The notes under the pieces: model-generated
The model's input: the letters and a program-made list of their open reading frames with translations, nothing else
The model's database searches: none
Told to the model about the DNA's origin: nothing
Source of the DNA: Ascidiella aspersa
Taxonomy: Eukaryota
Direction of reading: 5' to 3'
NCBI GenBank assembly: GCA_963924565.1
Contig: OZ004610.1
Coordinates: 2,418,001-2,482,000, forward strand
Length of the DNA: 64,000 nucleotides
Made by a program: the position numbers and the translations under genes
In this document: one piece after another, positions 11,404 to 24,319 of the stretch
Position numbering within the stretch: position 1 is the first letter of the stretch
Layout: each line of letters opens with the position of its first letter

Positions 11404-11682
11404 CAGTGGTTCTCAATCGCGGTGCTCTAGGGCGCCATTTTTAATGCTCTAGGGTGCCGAGAGATATTTCGAATTCCATAGGATTCCATTTTTTGCTATT
11501 TTGGTACGATAAAAGTGCCAAAAAGTGAAAAGGTATTTCCAACCTTGTTGCACAGTTAGTGTGCTCTTTCAATATCGTTTATTGTAAAGTTGCAGTTAGA
11601 CACCCAGAGAAAATAGGAGCAACCGTGAACTATTTATAATTTCTGTAGGGTGCCGCAAGCCAACAAAGGTTGAGAACCACTG
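11404..11682. mobile_element. hAT-type MITE
   Basis: TIRs CAGTGGTTCTCAA / TTGAGAACCACTG with agggtgccg subterminal repeats. TSD gtgtatat/gtgtaaac (6/8). Confidence 0.8.
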
Positions 11683-12059
11683 GTGTAAACCTTGCGGTAA
11701 TATACCGAAATAACACAAACTGTTTGTTAGAGCTTATATAAACGCTGATTCTTATTATTGAATGCCCAAGTATTGTGGATAGCACATACAAACATTATAT
11801 TGCACATACAAAGCATTATATTGAGTAATGCGCCTGTCAAATAGAAATAAATAAATTATTTTAATTGACCATTTTTTTATTGTTTATAGTTTTTTATTTC
11901 GTTGTAACGAAATTGTACTGAAGGGGCGAATTGGCGCCGCTGTTTTGACACCGGACCGTTTTGCCTTGTCAAGGGTCGGTAAATAGTGAGGTTATAATTT
12001 TAGTTAAGGTTGAAATTATTAGTCGAGTTAGTGATGAAGCTAAGGATCCAGTTCTGACG

Positions 12060-12278
12060 GGTTTAAGTCTTATTCCGGCGGACTTAAGTCTTATATCGAT
12101 TTTAAGTCTTATATCGATTTAGACGTTATTCAGACAATAGTACACCTAAAGCCGTCGCAGACTCACCGAATCTGTCGATCAATTATGCAAGCAAGGCAGG
12201 TTAATAAAGTAGCTAGCCCGCAGTGAGGTTCGAACTCACGACCTTCGGCCATTATTTAGATTAGGAGGTATTAGTACT
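12060..12278 (-). mobile_element. tRNA-derived SINE relic (3' half of a tRNA plus a shared core)
   Basis: The minus strand reads ...atggccgaaggtcGTGAG-TTCGAAC-CTCACtgcgggc, an intact T-arm/B-box (12216-12250). It is followed by a core, attgatcgacagattcggtgagtctgcgacggctt, that recurs at 15388-15430, and by a taagacttaa-repeat tail. The D-arm/A-box half is missing. Confidence 0.55.
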
Positions 12279-12375
12279 ACTGTGACCTTATTCCGAACTA
12301 GTTTATTCCGTCGATAATGTTATTCTAATTTTTGTCTTTGCTGTCAATTCAGGCCAAACAATACCCGACGCAGGT

Positions 12376-12726
12376 TAATTTGGTGTTATCTAATTCTCAC
12401 GGGTCAATGAACTCTAGTTATTCTTAAAGGTGTCAGCTACATATATGTTGAAGTGCGCGGACCAACATGTCCAAGATCACTTGCGTTCAAGGTTAACAGA
12501 GCAAGGTTTAGTCTGGCGACTTGTAAGGTTAAGCCAATAGGATTTGTAGATAGCCGTATAGAACACTGCTGAACTTGGGTACAAAACGAGTGTTAAGGTC
12601 GACTCTATTTCGGTACACGGTCACTGTGGTGAGAAATAACACGTCTCTGGTAGTGTCAATACCAAGAGCTTGGAGGGTCACAAATGTCATGTCCTCGATT
12701 TTCAGGGGTTGATGCGCGCATAACAA
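12376..12726 (-). pseudogene. Decayed non-LTR retrotransposon reverse transcriptase fragment (CR1/L2-like)
   Basis: RT motifs in the right order and spacing across frameshifts and stops: ALGIDTTRDVLFL...RVD...KF (cf. ALD..VDVIFLDF.KAFD.V.H..L..KL), LTSRQ, VGP/HFNIYVAD (12432-12452), then DNTKL (12376-12390; cf. FADDTKL) about 13 codons later. Confidence 0.55.
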
Positions 12727-14265
12727 TTGTTTATTCGCCTTGTCTTGTAACCGTGTTCTATTGTGTTTTTCGTAATTGGTCGCTGTTATATATATATTGC
12801 AAGTTCATTGCTCTGTAATATTATTTTTCCCTGATGCAAATATCAATGCCCTGAAGATTTTCTGTATAGGTTGTTGAAACGTCGGTACATTTATTAATAA
12901 CAAACATTTATTTGCCGAAGAACAATTTTGCAATTGTAACAATTGTTCGTTTGAGTTTGCAAACGATGGCGTCGCCTGTGGAAGCCGATTAAACAAAGAT
13001 TTTTAATTGTCCCAGCGGTGCCCCCCTCCATGTCCAACAAAGTGCCCCAATCCCACCACTCCAAAAAAAAAAAAACTGTGCACAAATTGCAATAAATAGC
13101 TCAATTTTTTATAATGTGAGTGAATTATTTAAGTCCAACTCAAGACATTTTGACAGAAAGACTTAAGCCAAGTTAAGTCATTTAAAAACAGTGATTTAAG
13201 TGAACTTAAGTCAAGTAAAATTATTGACTTAAGTTATTAAAACACTGCTTATTTTTTCACCAATAGCTTCGTAGTACTATGATAAGATTGTTATCAATAA
13301 ATTTTGAGAAAAAAGAATTGTATTAATACCCAAAAATATCCTTGTATTATGTGCGCTATAAGCAGGGTTAGTTGTATTACTTGCTTATGATATAAATATA
13401 CTGAAAATTAGTTCTTGTGCTATTTATTTGTTTGTTTGAAGTTTGATGGAGGCATCCAGGATAACTTGTATTATGTGCGCTATAAGCACCGTCCTTACTT
13501 GTAAGATTTGACCTTATTTTAAAGGTCAATTTCTTAGAAAATATAATTGTCCTTATAATCCTTATTTTGTCTTATTTTTAATAATTACAAAAATTTCGTC
13601 CGAGAATTTATAAAACTCACGGAAGAATACAAACCAATGTTCTATGGACGCTACTATGCTTTGATCCTTTATTCCCTTTTGATGCGCATACGTCGTAAAC
13701 CGCTATTCAACCGCAGTGTACACTACTACACTACACGCAACCGTCGCCTTAACGTTATGTTGGTTCTCAAAAACCTTTCCCCGATTCAAGGGTGGGTGTG
13801 TCGGAGGCGTGGTCGCGCCGGTTTCGGTTTAATCCAACAAGGACAAATCTACCAAACCCCTTTTTTTCTACACCAGTATTTAGTAAACGCCTTTGATCTT
13901 GCAAAGTCAGAAAAAGGCAATAAAAACACGTTGAAAGACGAAGTGCAAAGAATATACTAAATAAGATATTTTCGTCACTATATTGAAGCAGATAAGTGTT
14001 ATATTCGCAATTATTGAAAAACTAGGGTTTAATCTTACAACACTTACAAAAGAAACAAAATTTTGAAAAATAATTTGTAAGAAGTTATTTTAAATAAAGG
14101 CTAACTTATAATTATATGCTTTGTGTCAACAAACTCAGTAAAAAACGGACCTTCTGTTATTCAAAATCCAAATTGTCACCGTCTTAATAAATTCTAACCC
14201 CATATTTCGATATCCATATGACGAATTTGCAAACCTTGACAAAAAGTTAGAATTAAAGACGAATT

Positions 14266-14375
14266 TTGGAGCATAATGGTTGGAGGTTGTAGTAAGACGT
14301 AATAAGAATATCAAAGCCCATACAGAAGTGGGTAACATTTTGAACGTTTGGAATAACTCTTTATTCATTTTCAAC
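14266..14375 (-). mobile_element. Hammerhead-bearing Penelope-like mini-element, unit-length copy
   Basis: 110-nt family member flanked by the 11-bp direct repeat aaagacgaatt (14255-14265, 14376-14386). Hammerhead core present but G12 is mutated to C. Confidence 0.7.
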
Positions 14376-17344
14376 AAAGACGAATTGCAAAAGGTATTAA
14401 ATTGAAGTTCATCTTTCCGGTAAAAAAAATTTTCTACTTCCACCTAACCCCTGCTTCAATTGTACGCTATTTAATGCCCTTCGTAGTGCATGAAAAATAT
14501 TTCAAAATTTAAGTCAAAAAACATTGTTTCAATAAACGCAAATACCGATTTTTTTATGTTGTTAACCTACTTATCTGTTCACACCCATATAAAACAAAGC
14601 AAGAAGGCAACAAAACACAACGTCATTGAATAGAATATGGCCCGAGGTTTTGCGTGAATGGGGCGTTTTCCGTCCAATTACTAGCGGTTTTAATCTCACG
14701 GAGATACAAAAAGTGTGCAAAATTACGATTCCGCGCCGCCATTCATCGATTGTTTTCAATTAATCGGTGAGATTAACTTTTCAAGCCGCGAACCTTTTGT
14801 TTTACCAAGTATGCGACTTCATAAACGGGTATTCCCCCCGGCGAAATAGGGAGCGTTGGACAATGCGAAGCTCGTTAGCGCATTATGTCGGGATTATCTG
14901 CTTTTTAAAGTCACGCTGATCGCTTCTATAGTCTGCTTGGTGGGTTGGCTTTCAAGCAGCGTTTAGCAAATGTGTGTCACCTAAATATTGAATATTATCC
15001 CTGGGTGAAGGTGTTTAACGTTTCTTACTAATATAGTCATTATTATAGGATTCCAGCAGCGATTCGTTTGTGGGAAATTAGTTTTGAAACATGAGCAAAA
15101 TAAGATTCTTTGCAATAAAGCTTTCTGACCTTCAATAATTTTTAAAATGTACTGACGGTATTTTAAAAAATGAATAAACAACTATTCGAAACGTTCACAA
15201 TATCCTGTGTTTTTATTTTCATAAATTTCCTGTTGGCTTTTTCCAAATTTCCTTCCAATAATGGCGCGTTTTAGCGAGATTCCCTGAAATACTTTTTTCT
15301 GTGAAATTCAAAATAGGTACATTTGTATAAAAGACACACACATACAACCGTGATCTAGCCCTTCTAAAGTCACTTTTGACCGAATATATTGATCGACAGA
15401 TTCGGTAAGTCTGCGATGGCTTCCGGTGTATTTTGTATAGGCTTTGATTGTCTCATGACTTTGATTCTATACAAAAATACACAGGCTTGTGTACCGAGCC
15501 AACCACATTGAATGAAAAATACACTACGTCGGCTATTTCACTATGTCCTGTTCCATGCGAAAACCTGAAGTGATTAAAGATTTTCTGTGATTTTGATAAA
15601 GTAATTTTTTGTCTAATAAAATAGCCTTTGACTGTTCCAATCTATTCTGCTTGTTTGGGCATAGGAATGATATCATTTGTCGGAGTCGTCGACTTTGGCG
15701 AATTAGTTGTACTTCAAACTGTACTAAAACAACATTTGCAATCGAACCCGGTAGTATGGCATTTAACTAGGAAACCGCGTGTTTGTAAAACGAATAGCTT
15801 TACATGCTAAATCGGTTCCGCATTTAAACGCTTTTGTCTAACAATTAGAAAATCGACGTTTTTTACAAACTTCATGTTTGTTTTGTGACACCACCGAGAT
15901 AATTGTTTTTTTTTTAAATAAAAAGGTAGAAATCGGCCACTGAACTTAACAACCCTGGTATAGCACATGCCTCGATAAACTACATTAAATCAACGTTATA
16001 GCACTGAAGCAAAAACGTCATTATTGTTTTGTAAGTATCGTTGGGAAAAATAAATCGCTGGTTCCACTAGGTCAAGTACCCCCGATTGCATTCCATAATT
16101 TGTGGCCGCCAAAGATTCGCGCAAACATACTTTCGGCCGAAAAAATGGTACGATATAGGCCAAAAGCGGCTATTTTTTATTGTAAATTCTCTAGACCGGC
16201 GATATTTTGCGTCAAATACGTCACTGATGTGTTTTTTGACCGGCATTTCACCCCAAATATCTTTAGTGAGAAGCCACTGTAAATGCAATCAGGCAGTACG
16301 CCGTCAAGAAAAACTAAAACCTTTCAATAAAAAATTAAACTGGTAGTTTTCAGTGTGAGCCAGCGTTGAAAAAGCATCTGGAAGGACGGACATATGTGAT
16401 CACAATTTGAATGATGACCCTGGGATAGGGGTGTGTGGCCAACGGCACCGGTGGTCCGGGCCGATTCATAGAAATCCTAGCGTGACGCCGTTTGATATCC
16501 GTCCTTGTTCCGACTATTTTGAAGCGTCCTATCAAAACAAGAGTTTCACTAGTTTAATTTGCCCCTCAGAGAGACTGTGGAAATGCTATATACCAGCGCA
16601 AAACTATTTTAATTCAAATTCCGATTTTGCTCATTTTGTTTTTGATTGAGAAAAATGGGTTTTGACAAACTATGGTCGCATCACAAAAAAAATAATTAAA
16701 CGACAACGTTATCATCAAAAGAAGGTGTGGCGCCCACCCCTATAGAAGCCGACTTTTGTTTACAAGGTTGCTAAAAAATGCTCGTTAAATATGACGTCAT
16801 GTTGAGAAAGATATATTTATATTTTGGAATTTAATACTTTTATTCCTTGATAAATGCGAGTTAGCGCTGATGACGATGCGAGCAGGTGACGATGCGAGCG
16901 TCTCGCTAATATTGGTCTTGGTTGAGACAGACGATAGTCCTATCTCAGAAATAATAAATGACAATGCCAATAACATAATCATAATTTTCCTTTGTATAAA
17001 CGAATCTGTCCGAACCTGAATGATGAGACACAAACGATTTTGGTTGCACATCAATGATAAAGATTAAACTAAAAACAAAACTTGGTAAACCGAAAATCAG
17101 TTTGTTTGCATGTTATGCGATAAACATATTTCACTCCTGTAGGCTTGATAAGTATCTAAAAACACAACAAAATAGAAAGCAAACAGAACGCATTTAAGGT
17201 CAATATTACTAAAAGGAAGTGGTGCAATTATTCGTGCTTTAAAATAAGCTAAAACAAAACGGATATCGGAATAGAATAATGTCGAATATCGAAATGAAAA
17301 TTAGTATTGAGCATCCCTCTCTTACAATTTTAGACCAATGGCTC

Positions 17345-17591
17345 CAGTGTTGTAATAACTGAAGTCACTGTTTTTGAATGGCGTGACTTGATTACGTATT
17401 TTTGTGGCAAAATTACTTCAATTTAATCTTTCGGACAACAGACTTGACTTGGAGTTGATTTGCTACAACAATGACTATACAGGACTGGGACTTGGCGTGC
17501 TATTTTTTGCAAATAACTTAACTTGGACTTCAGTTAAATTGGCAAATGAAATGCTGGGACTCAAGTCTAAAATTGGCTGATTACAATACCG
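17345..17591. mobile_element. MITE family with CAGTGTTGTAAT termini and internal GACTT/AAGTC arrays
   Basis: CAGTGTTGTAAT...ATTACAATACCG ends. Related gacttaagtc-rich copies at ~6060-6206, ~13090-13248, ~19960-20219, ~41330-41450 and ~61946-62476, several ending acaacactg. Confidence 0.65.
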
Positions 17592-18094
17592 CAAGGCTTC
17601 ATCGAAGAAGAGCTGTTATATCAGCAGCATTTTGCCGCCGTGGCGCGTCTTTAAGTCATGTGCCCTTGTTGAAATAACGCCGGCTTCGAAAGCACAGTTG
17701 GGCCAATTGGCGCACTTTTAAAAGCGACACCAAAGAGCGGTTTGTGATCTTTGGTGATAAAAGCGCCGACCATCGTCGGCCCCTCACTTGGCCGCTGCGA
17801 GATTGACGTCTCTCGATTTGTGCAGGGGTTAATCTTGTGGTGAGGAGCAAAGGGGTACACGGGGGTCTGGCGGGCTCAGTTTAAGACCATATGGGGTAAA
17901 AAAAATAATATTGGCGTAAAAACAAAAAAAAAACTTTTTTGTAAAAATCATAAAAAACTAACTTTTTAAAAATGAGCTGAAATTAACGATAAATAAATTA
18001 GAGATGGCATAAGTTCTTTCCAAGTATACATATATGCTAATCAAACTATCAACATTTATTTATTTGTGTGATTATGACAATAAGGTATCATCAT

Positions 18095-18570
18095 TAGCGA
18101 TGTCATTCTAATACCAATACCCAAGATGTTGACAAAATTGATTACCGTCTGAATCAAACCCATTTGAAATCATTACTAAATCGAAACAAACGTATAGTAA
18201 TGTTTACGAAGTTGATAACTTTCAATTAACAATTATAAAAAAAAACAAAAAAACATTTATGGTTAACATATACCAAGTTCTTATAAAAACACATTTTAAG
18301 TTCAAAAGCATCAGCTATATAGATCACAAATCACGAATGAAATGTTTGAATTAGTTTGGTCGGATCGTCATCGATATCACCCTAAGTATCGGACAAGTAC
18401 GGATACTACCACTTAGCATAGAGTATCGGCTCCGATCCGATATTATCGGACAAGTACGGATACTACCACTTAGCATAAGTATCGGCTCCGATCCGATATT
18501 ATCGGACAAGTACGGATACTACCACTTAGCATAAGTATCGGCTCCGATCCGATATTATTAGACGCCCCTA
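18095..18570. mobile_element. Copy of the TGTCCGATA MITE with a ~59-bp unit triplicated
   Basis: Three units of tcggacaagtacggatactaccacttagcata(g)agtatcggctccgatccgatatta (~18388-18560). Ends ...gacgccccta. Confidence 0.7.
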
Positions 18571-19959
18571 CACAGTTTGTATCATGCCACATACTTAATG
18601 CTACGTTTTAATAGCAAATCTATGCATGATAACTAAACTGCTTGACCAGGTAACAATCTTCCAATGGTAGCAACATGCCAACACTTCATTTCAAAGTTAA
18701 CACGTCTTATTTGAGGCAAATAGTCTGCCTTTGCAATCGTGGTCGTTACATTTCCGTTTTGTAAAGTCACGCAAAAACCGCAGCATGTTTATTACAAGCA
18801 TGACATGCTTTATATTTATGAATGCTTGTATGTGACGTAATTCAATATCCGCTGGAATTGCTGAGCCATGTTGTAATACTTTGGTATTTGGTAGTTATGT
18901 CCAATCATTTTGGATCGAAGCCGATACCCAAGTGGAAGTATCGGTATTGTCCGATAATGTCATATCGGAGTTGATACTCTATGCTAAGTGGTAGTATCGG
19001 TTGTTCGATTCTAGGGTGGTATCGGTGACGAACCGGTACAAAATTAATTTAAACATTCCATTCATGATTTGCGACGAGAGAGTTTTGAACTAACTGACAG
19101 TTTTGAACTTAATAGGTGCTTTGTAAGAAAATAGTATGTTAACGCAAAGTTACAAATTAAATTTCAATGAAAGTAACATAGAGCATAAAGCGGTTGATTA
19201 ACAAACTTCTAACCAGCGCTTAACCAGTGCTCAATGAGAGGTTGCCAGGTGCGCCGAAGGCAAGCAGAAAAAATATTCTAAAAGATAAAAACTTTTTTTT
19301 TTTAATATAATTTTTAACTTTTTTTCTCATTCATCCAACAGTTAAATAAAGATAAATCACCTACGAGGCCTGTAAACTACAAACTTGCAAATATTTCTGG
19401 AGAAATACGTGTCTAATCAGAAAAATTAAAACCTACTTCGCTTCATCAGGTGCAAAAAAGATTAAGAAACACTGCTCTCAGCCTATAAGTGCTGCGTCAT
19501 GAAATGATTACGTCACGCGAAACAAATGCTCGCCACTTTTTAATAGGGGTGCGCCCAGAAATGCGGGGCAGTGCAAAACGTGCCGATGTAAGTTTGCGTA
19601 GCGTTTATATTGCTTGTATTGCACAACGCGGCGCACAGGTATAGATTTATGCGGTAATTACAGCCGTCACGTTTTTGAACACCTGTGCGCCGCGACGTAA
19701 ATCGCTTTGAAGCGAACATTTTTTCAGGTTTTACGGCTTTGTTTGGATTGCAACCGTGCCAACTTTAAACAAAGCGAGATGTTAAACTGCTTTTCGATCA
19801 TTTTTTGGCTATTTTTTGGAGACTGCAACAAATCTTTATTTCTCAGTTGCTATTCGTGTTTACTTGACAATAAACAATTTTAGCAGAATATTTCAATATA
19901 AATATATATTTGCTTTTTGAAACGAATTTTTGTTGATACTAAACGAGCTAATCTAATAA

Positions 19960-20219
19960 AAGTCAAGTCATTTGTCCATAAAACGTCACGTCAAGTGATT
20001 TTGGTCAAAACACTTAAGTCAAGTCAACTCATTAGAAAACAGTGACTTAAGTGCACGTAAGTCAAGTCATTTGTCCAAACAACTCAAGTCAAAGTCAAGT
20101 CATTTGTCTAAAAGACTTATGTCAAGTGATTTTGGTCAGAGGACTAAAGTCAACTCATTTGAAAACAGTGACTTAAGTGCACTCAAGTCAAGTCTTTGAC
20201 TGAAGTCATTACAACACTG
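19960..20219. repeat. AAGTC-pentamer-rich MITE copy with internal duplication
   Basis: Repeated aagtcaagtcatttgtc and cagtgacttaagtgcac blocks. Ends gtcattacaacactg. Confidence 0.7.
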
Positions 20220-21523
20220 CCACCTTCCGTTCCAAGGTGGTGTTTTCGCAACAAAGTTAACAATGCCCTGCGTTCCTAAAGTAAAATGTTTCTCGAATCG
20301 CGAGACAATGAGTGATTCTTGCACACAACGGCGTATCTTTATGACGTCACTTTGGCTCAGCCCGAACCTCAAAACTGACGCCGGGCGCTCTAAAACTGGT
20401 GCGCGCTCAATTCGCTGCAAAGATTAACCTGTTGGCGCAACAAGGGATCTCAAATATATACAACAATAACAGTTCGTCCGTCTCGCTAATCTCGCTGTAT
20501 CCGGTTTAGCCAGCGGTTGCGTAATTGCGTCTTGTTGCTGCTTCCACGGGTAACATAAATTCAGACAAACGCTTTAGGCAGATGGAATACGAATTTATTT
20601 TTGTTCTAAATGCCATTCTTCGCAGGTTTTGTATAGCCTACGTGCATACTAACAACAAATAATGTAACCATTGTGCTTTTGCCTATACCAGTGGCCCTTA
20701 AACTTGTGACTGCGAAACCCTTGGGGGTACGTGGACTAATTTTGTGGGGTCCATGAAGGTCTAAATGAAATTTTGATGTCTACTTAGAATTTATATAAAT
20801 TTTTCAAAGGAAAAGAGTTTAGTTGAAAAAAACATTTTTTGGAACGTAACAGCTTAAGTTTATTTGCTCTTCTTGTTCACTGTCGACAATTTATGACGTC
20901 ATCTATGAAGATTGCATGCAGACCCTGTTCCACGCGCACCAAAAATATATTTTATTGGGGTCTGTGTTAAAAAAAGTTTTCTTGACCTATAACATGATTT
21001 TTTGGGGACTTGGATGCAGTTTAGAACCAAATTAAAAGAGTAAGTACAATGTTGATTTTTCACATAACCTTGGCATTTATATACGTTTCGTAATACTTTT
21101 GTTTAGGTTGAATGCTTTTTTGTACTCAAATTTCCAAGGTACATAAAATAAGGCCAAATAATTAGTTACAATTGCGATTTTGTCGTTGGTCCACATACCC
21201 GAATCGTAATACATTTTAATCTGCCTTTTTCTGCAATGTTGTGCACAAATTAGGCCGATAAACCATTAGCTTCAATCATATAATGCCCAAACAAGGTTAC
21301 CTTGACTTAAGGAATCCTTCAACCCGACATTTAACTTAAAATGCAGATCAGATCGCCAGACGGTTAGGCTCGTCGTATTAGGTATGAGACGATGAATTAA
21401 GAAAATTCATTAAATTTCGTTAATGGGTGAAACTTTTCCCAGATTCTTTCTGCCAATTATGTAACTCATTAAATTGATCAAGAACGATTTAAACGGTCTT
21501 TATAAAGAAACTTAAAAATACTT

Positions 21524-21690
21524 TTAAAGCATAATAGTATGAGGTTGTAGTAAGAATATCAAATCCAAATAAAGAAGTATAGGTAGAATATTCAACGTTA
21601 TGAATAACTCTTTGTGAAAAACAATAAAGAGTTGTTCGAAACGTTCCAAATAGAACCTACCTTGGTGTGGGCTCCGATATTTTTACTGCG
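21524..21690. mobile_element. Hammerhead mini-element, fold-back copy
   Basis: Forward segment (gaggttgtagtaagaatatc...gaataactc) joined to an inverted segment (aataaagagttgttcgaaacgttcc...gtgggctccgatat). Confidence 0.6.
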
Positions 21691-22399
21691 TCTAAACCTA
21701 ATAGAATTTTCTGAAATCCTAAAGTTGGACGAAACATTTTACTGCTGTGGCGAAGCAACTTGAACTGGTGACTATTATGTGAAACTGACACAGCGGTTGA
21801 AACACACCAATCAAAAAGAAGCAAATGCAAAACTGTTTTCAGTTGAAAACCCCGTATTATTGTTTTTAAATTCCTAAAATTATTGTTCTCCATTAAAGTT
21901 AGTGCAATTTTGGTGACAACGTGTACTTCTGGCCAGCTTTCAGCGTCATACGAAACAGTTATTTGAACACAAGGGCCGCAAAAATCAAAACGCTCCAAAG
22001 CAATCCAAGTTAAGCTGACCAACAATTTCTTATCACAACCCGCAGAACAGCGCTATCATCAACATTGGCGAAAAATCGCAAAACCGCGCCCAACTTCCCA
22101 AAAAAGCCGCCGTGTTTCGCTCAACGAGCGCGCACAGCCGCAGTTACAACGGGCCCGGCGGTCTGGCGTCGGAATGCGGCGAGATCAGAGCGTCTCTGCG
22201 GCTTGGAAGGGCGACACAAACGCGCAAGGCAAGGCAGAGCCGAAGCGGCCGAAAAATGCTGAGCAAAAACGCCGGCCGGCAAAAGTCAACAGAAAGAAGA
22301 GAGGCGAGGTGGCGACGGCGAAAAGAAAGAGAAAGAGAGAGCGGACCGGCGAAGGAAAAAAGGCAATTGCGCGCGGCGAGAGAGAGAAGTTGTGTGATG

Positions 22400-22677
22400 C
22401 TGGCCGCCCCAAGCCTTCTCAAGTCTTGCTCGATTTTGCTTCGACAATTGAGTCGGACTTACAGCAGTTCACACAGGGTTTCTCGTTGATTTTCGTGTAG
22501 CGCAGCACACCGTACCAAACAGGTGGCCTTGGCGGAAGCTAGTAGAAAAGTTGTCGCCTTTTGCGTCTGGTTTTCAGTTGAATTTTGCGCCAAACTGGGG
22601 AGACAGACAGGGCGTCGTTAGTCACCAGTGAAAGTCACGGTTAAGATATTGAGTCAGAATTGTTGAGTTATTTTAAG
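22400..22677 (+). other. Probable non-coding first exon of the ADAMTS gene (start approximate), preceded by a CpG/GA-rich promoter region (~22050-22400)
   Basis: ATG-free stretch ending at a perfect AAG|GTGAGT donor (intron from 22678). The matching strong acceptor tttttttcccccag ends at 25969. Confidence 0.5.
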
Positions 22678-23839
22678 GTGAGTCTTGGACGTAAACGCAG
22701 ACGGCCCGCCGGGATTTCGCAGCCGAATTGCGGCAGACGTATGGTGGTTTGACCCGATGATTTGACTCGGCGCCGCTTGAGAAAAGCACTTTGAGGCGAT
22801 AATAACCCATCAGCGAATACGCGATGATTCATAACTTGGCAGTAGCAGCTGATTCGAAGCATTGCAAAATCACATTGTTTACTTGGCGTTATGCTGAAAT
22901 CAAACTTGTGTCGCAGTGCGTAGTAGTAGCAATTCAGAAGTCAGCGGTTTCACCAGCTTGCAATTTGAAACATTGCCTGGCAATCGCGAGAGAGTCAGTA
23001 GCTCATTAGGTCGGTGTTGAAACTGTATTTCCAGCAGTGGAATTGGGCTACTCGCGCGCCGCAAAAGACTCTTTTCGGGTTTTCGAGGACTCTTGTTCTA
23101 AAGGCGGGGGCGCCGCGATCTTAAAGTGTGTTCAGCCAAGCCTCCGCGCTAATTTTGTACTGACTGCTAAGCAAATAGAGAGGGCCTATAGATTCCTGTA
23201 CTCTATGTCGGCTTACCTTTTAACTACAGCCTTACGCGTGAACCTATTTTAAGAGTTTATTTCTTCATTTTTATGCGGTAAGGCTTTATGGGCACGCATC
23301 ACGTCTTGACGAACGTTAGAAAATTTAAAGGAAAATATGTGATTTTTGCCTAATTTTGAAATTCCGTCATGCGCAAATAGCAAAAACAATGCAAAAGCGC
23401 AAAAGCACTAAAAAGTAAAATTTAGAATAAAGGGAAAAGTGTTTTCAGAGCGGCCGCAACTGGGAATACTATAGACGTCTACGCAAATCAAACTGTTTTG
23501 ATCGTAGTCCGAGACAACAAAAGTGAAAGCGACGTTTTAAGCGACAGCCATATATATCTTTGACGTGTTTGCAATCAGAGTGAAGTTTCCTTCTACCATT
23601 TATGCGTTCTACGTCGATTTTAAAGTAGATTGACCCAAAGCGCGTAAACTGTATACCGCTGTTTCAAGCCAGATGGGGAAAATAATGATTTTTTGCACAT
23701 CGTTGGTACCAGCTTAACATAAAACACTTTCTGCAAGGTATGGCAATTTCGACTGCGTTTCCTTATTCCCGTCTCGCAATTCCAACCCCCCTATGGTCGT
23801 CATTAGCCGGGATCTTACAATTTCCACCAGCCCGAAATT

Positions 23840-24030
23840 GGCGCTGGTATAGAATCCTACCATATTTTTGTCCGGGGGGTTTCTATTGCTAACAATATTT
23901 GAGTTAGGGTGAGAGTTAGCATTTGCATTGGGGTTCGGGTGGGTCAAGGTTAGCCTTCCTTGCAATTTCAACTTTAACAACTCGTTTCGTTAGTGTTAAA
24001 ATAAATGTGGTAGGATTCTAGAGCAGCGCC
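23840..24030. mobile_element. GG-ended MITE (Merlin-like) with degenerate telomere-like GGGTTA repeats inside
   Basis: 28-bp TIRs ggcgctggtatagaatcctaccatattt / aaatgtggtaggattctagagcagcgcc (25/28). 8-bp TSD ccgaaatt/ccgaaatg. Internal gagttagggtgagagttagc...ggggttcgggt. Confidence 0.75.
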
Positions 24031-24319
24031 CCGAAATGCATACGGGTTTTAATCAGGCTTATACAGCTTCGTGTATAGGCTGATGTTGGGAGGCGCCGTG
24101 TTTACGTTGTCGTATGTAGGTCGTCCCGTCTCGCCGCCGACGAGCCAGCTTCGGTTTAGTTGGTTTAGTTCCCGGTCAGACCTGGGACAGCTGCTGCTGC
24201 CTCTTTGGCACACACGCGTCCAGCCCTACGCTCGTCTCCTTGTATTATTGCCCACAGTGTAAACAACACCGTCGATGTAAGTTGAGCGTCTCGAGATATT
24301 TCTTTTTTTGCCCGAAGCC

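Noticed and set aside
12216-12278. Functional tRNA gene
   Set aside because: Only the 3' half is present. There is no acceptor 5' strand or D-arm, so it is treated as a SINE relic.
13637-13960. 107-aa ORF and the many other 60-135 aa ORFs in intergenic and intronic DNA
   Set aside because: No recognisable domains or compatible splice sites, and many start at non-ATG codons.
15426-15482. let-7-like ttgtatag/ctatacaa pairing
   Set aside because: The let-7 seed TGAGGTAG is absent.
16866-16910. CTGATGA hammerhead start
   Set aside because: No helix II or GAAA box follows. It is a short direct duplication (tgacgatgcgagc x2).
22065-22500. Overlapping 65-125 aa ORFs in several frames
   Set aside because: Low-complexity translations of a GC/GA-rich promoter region, with no protein motifs.
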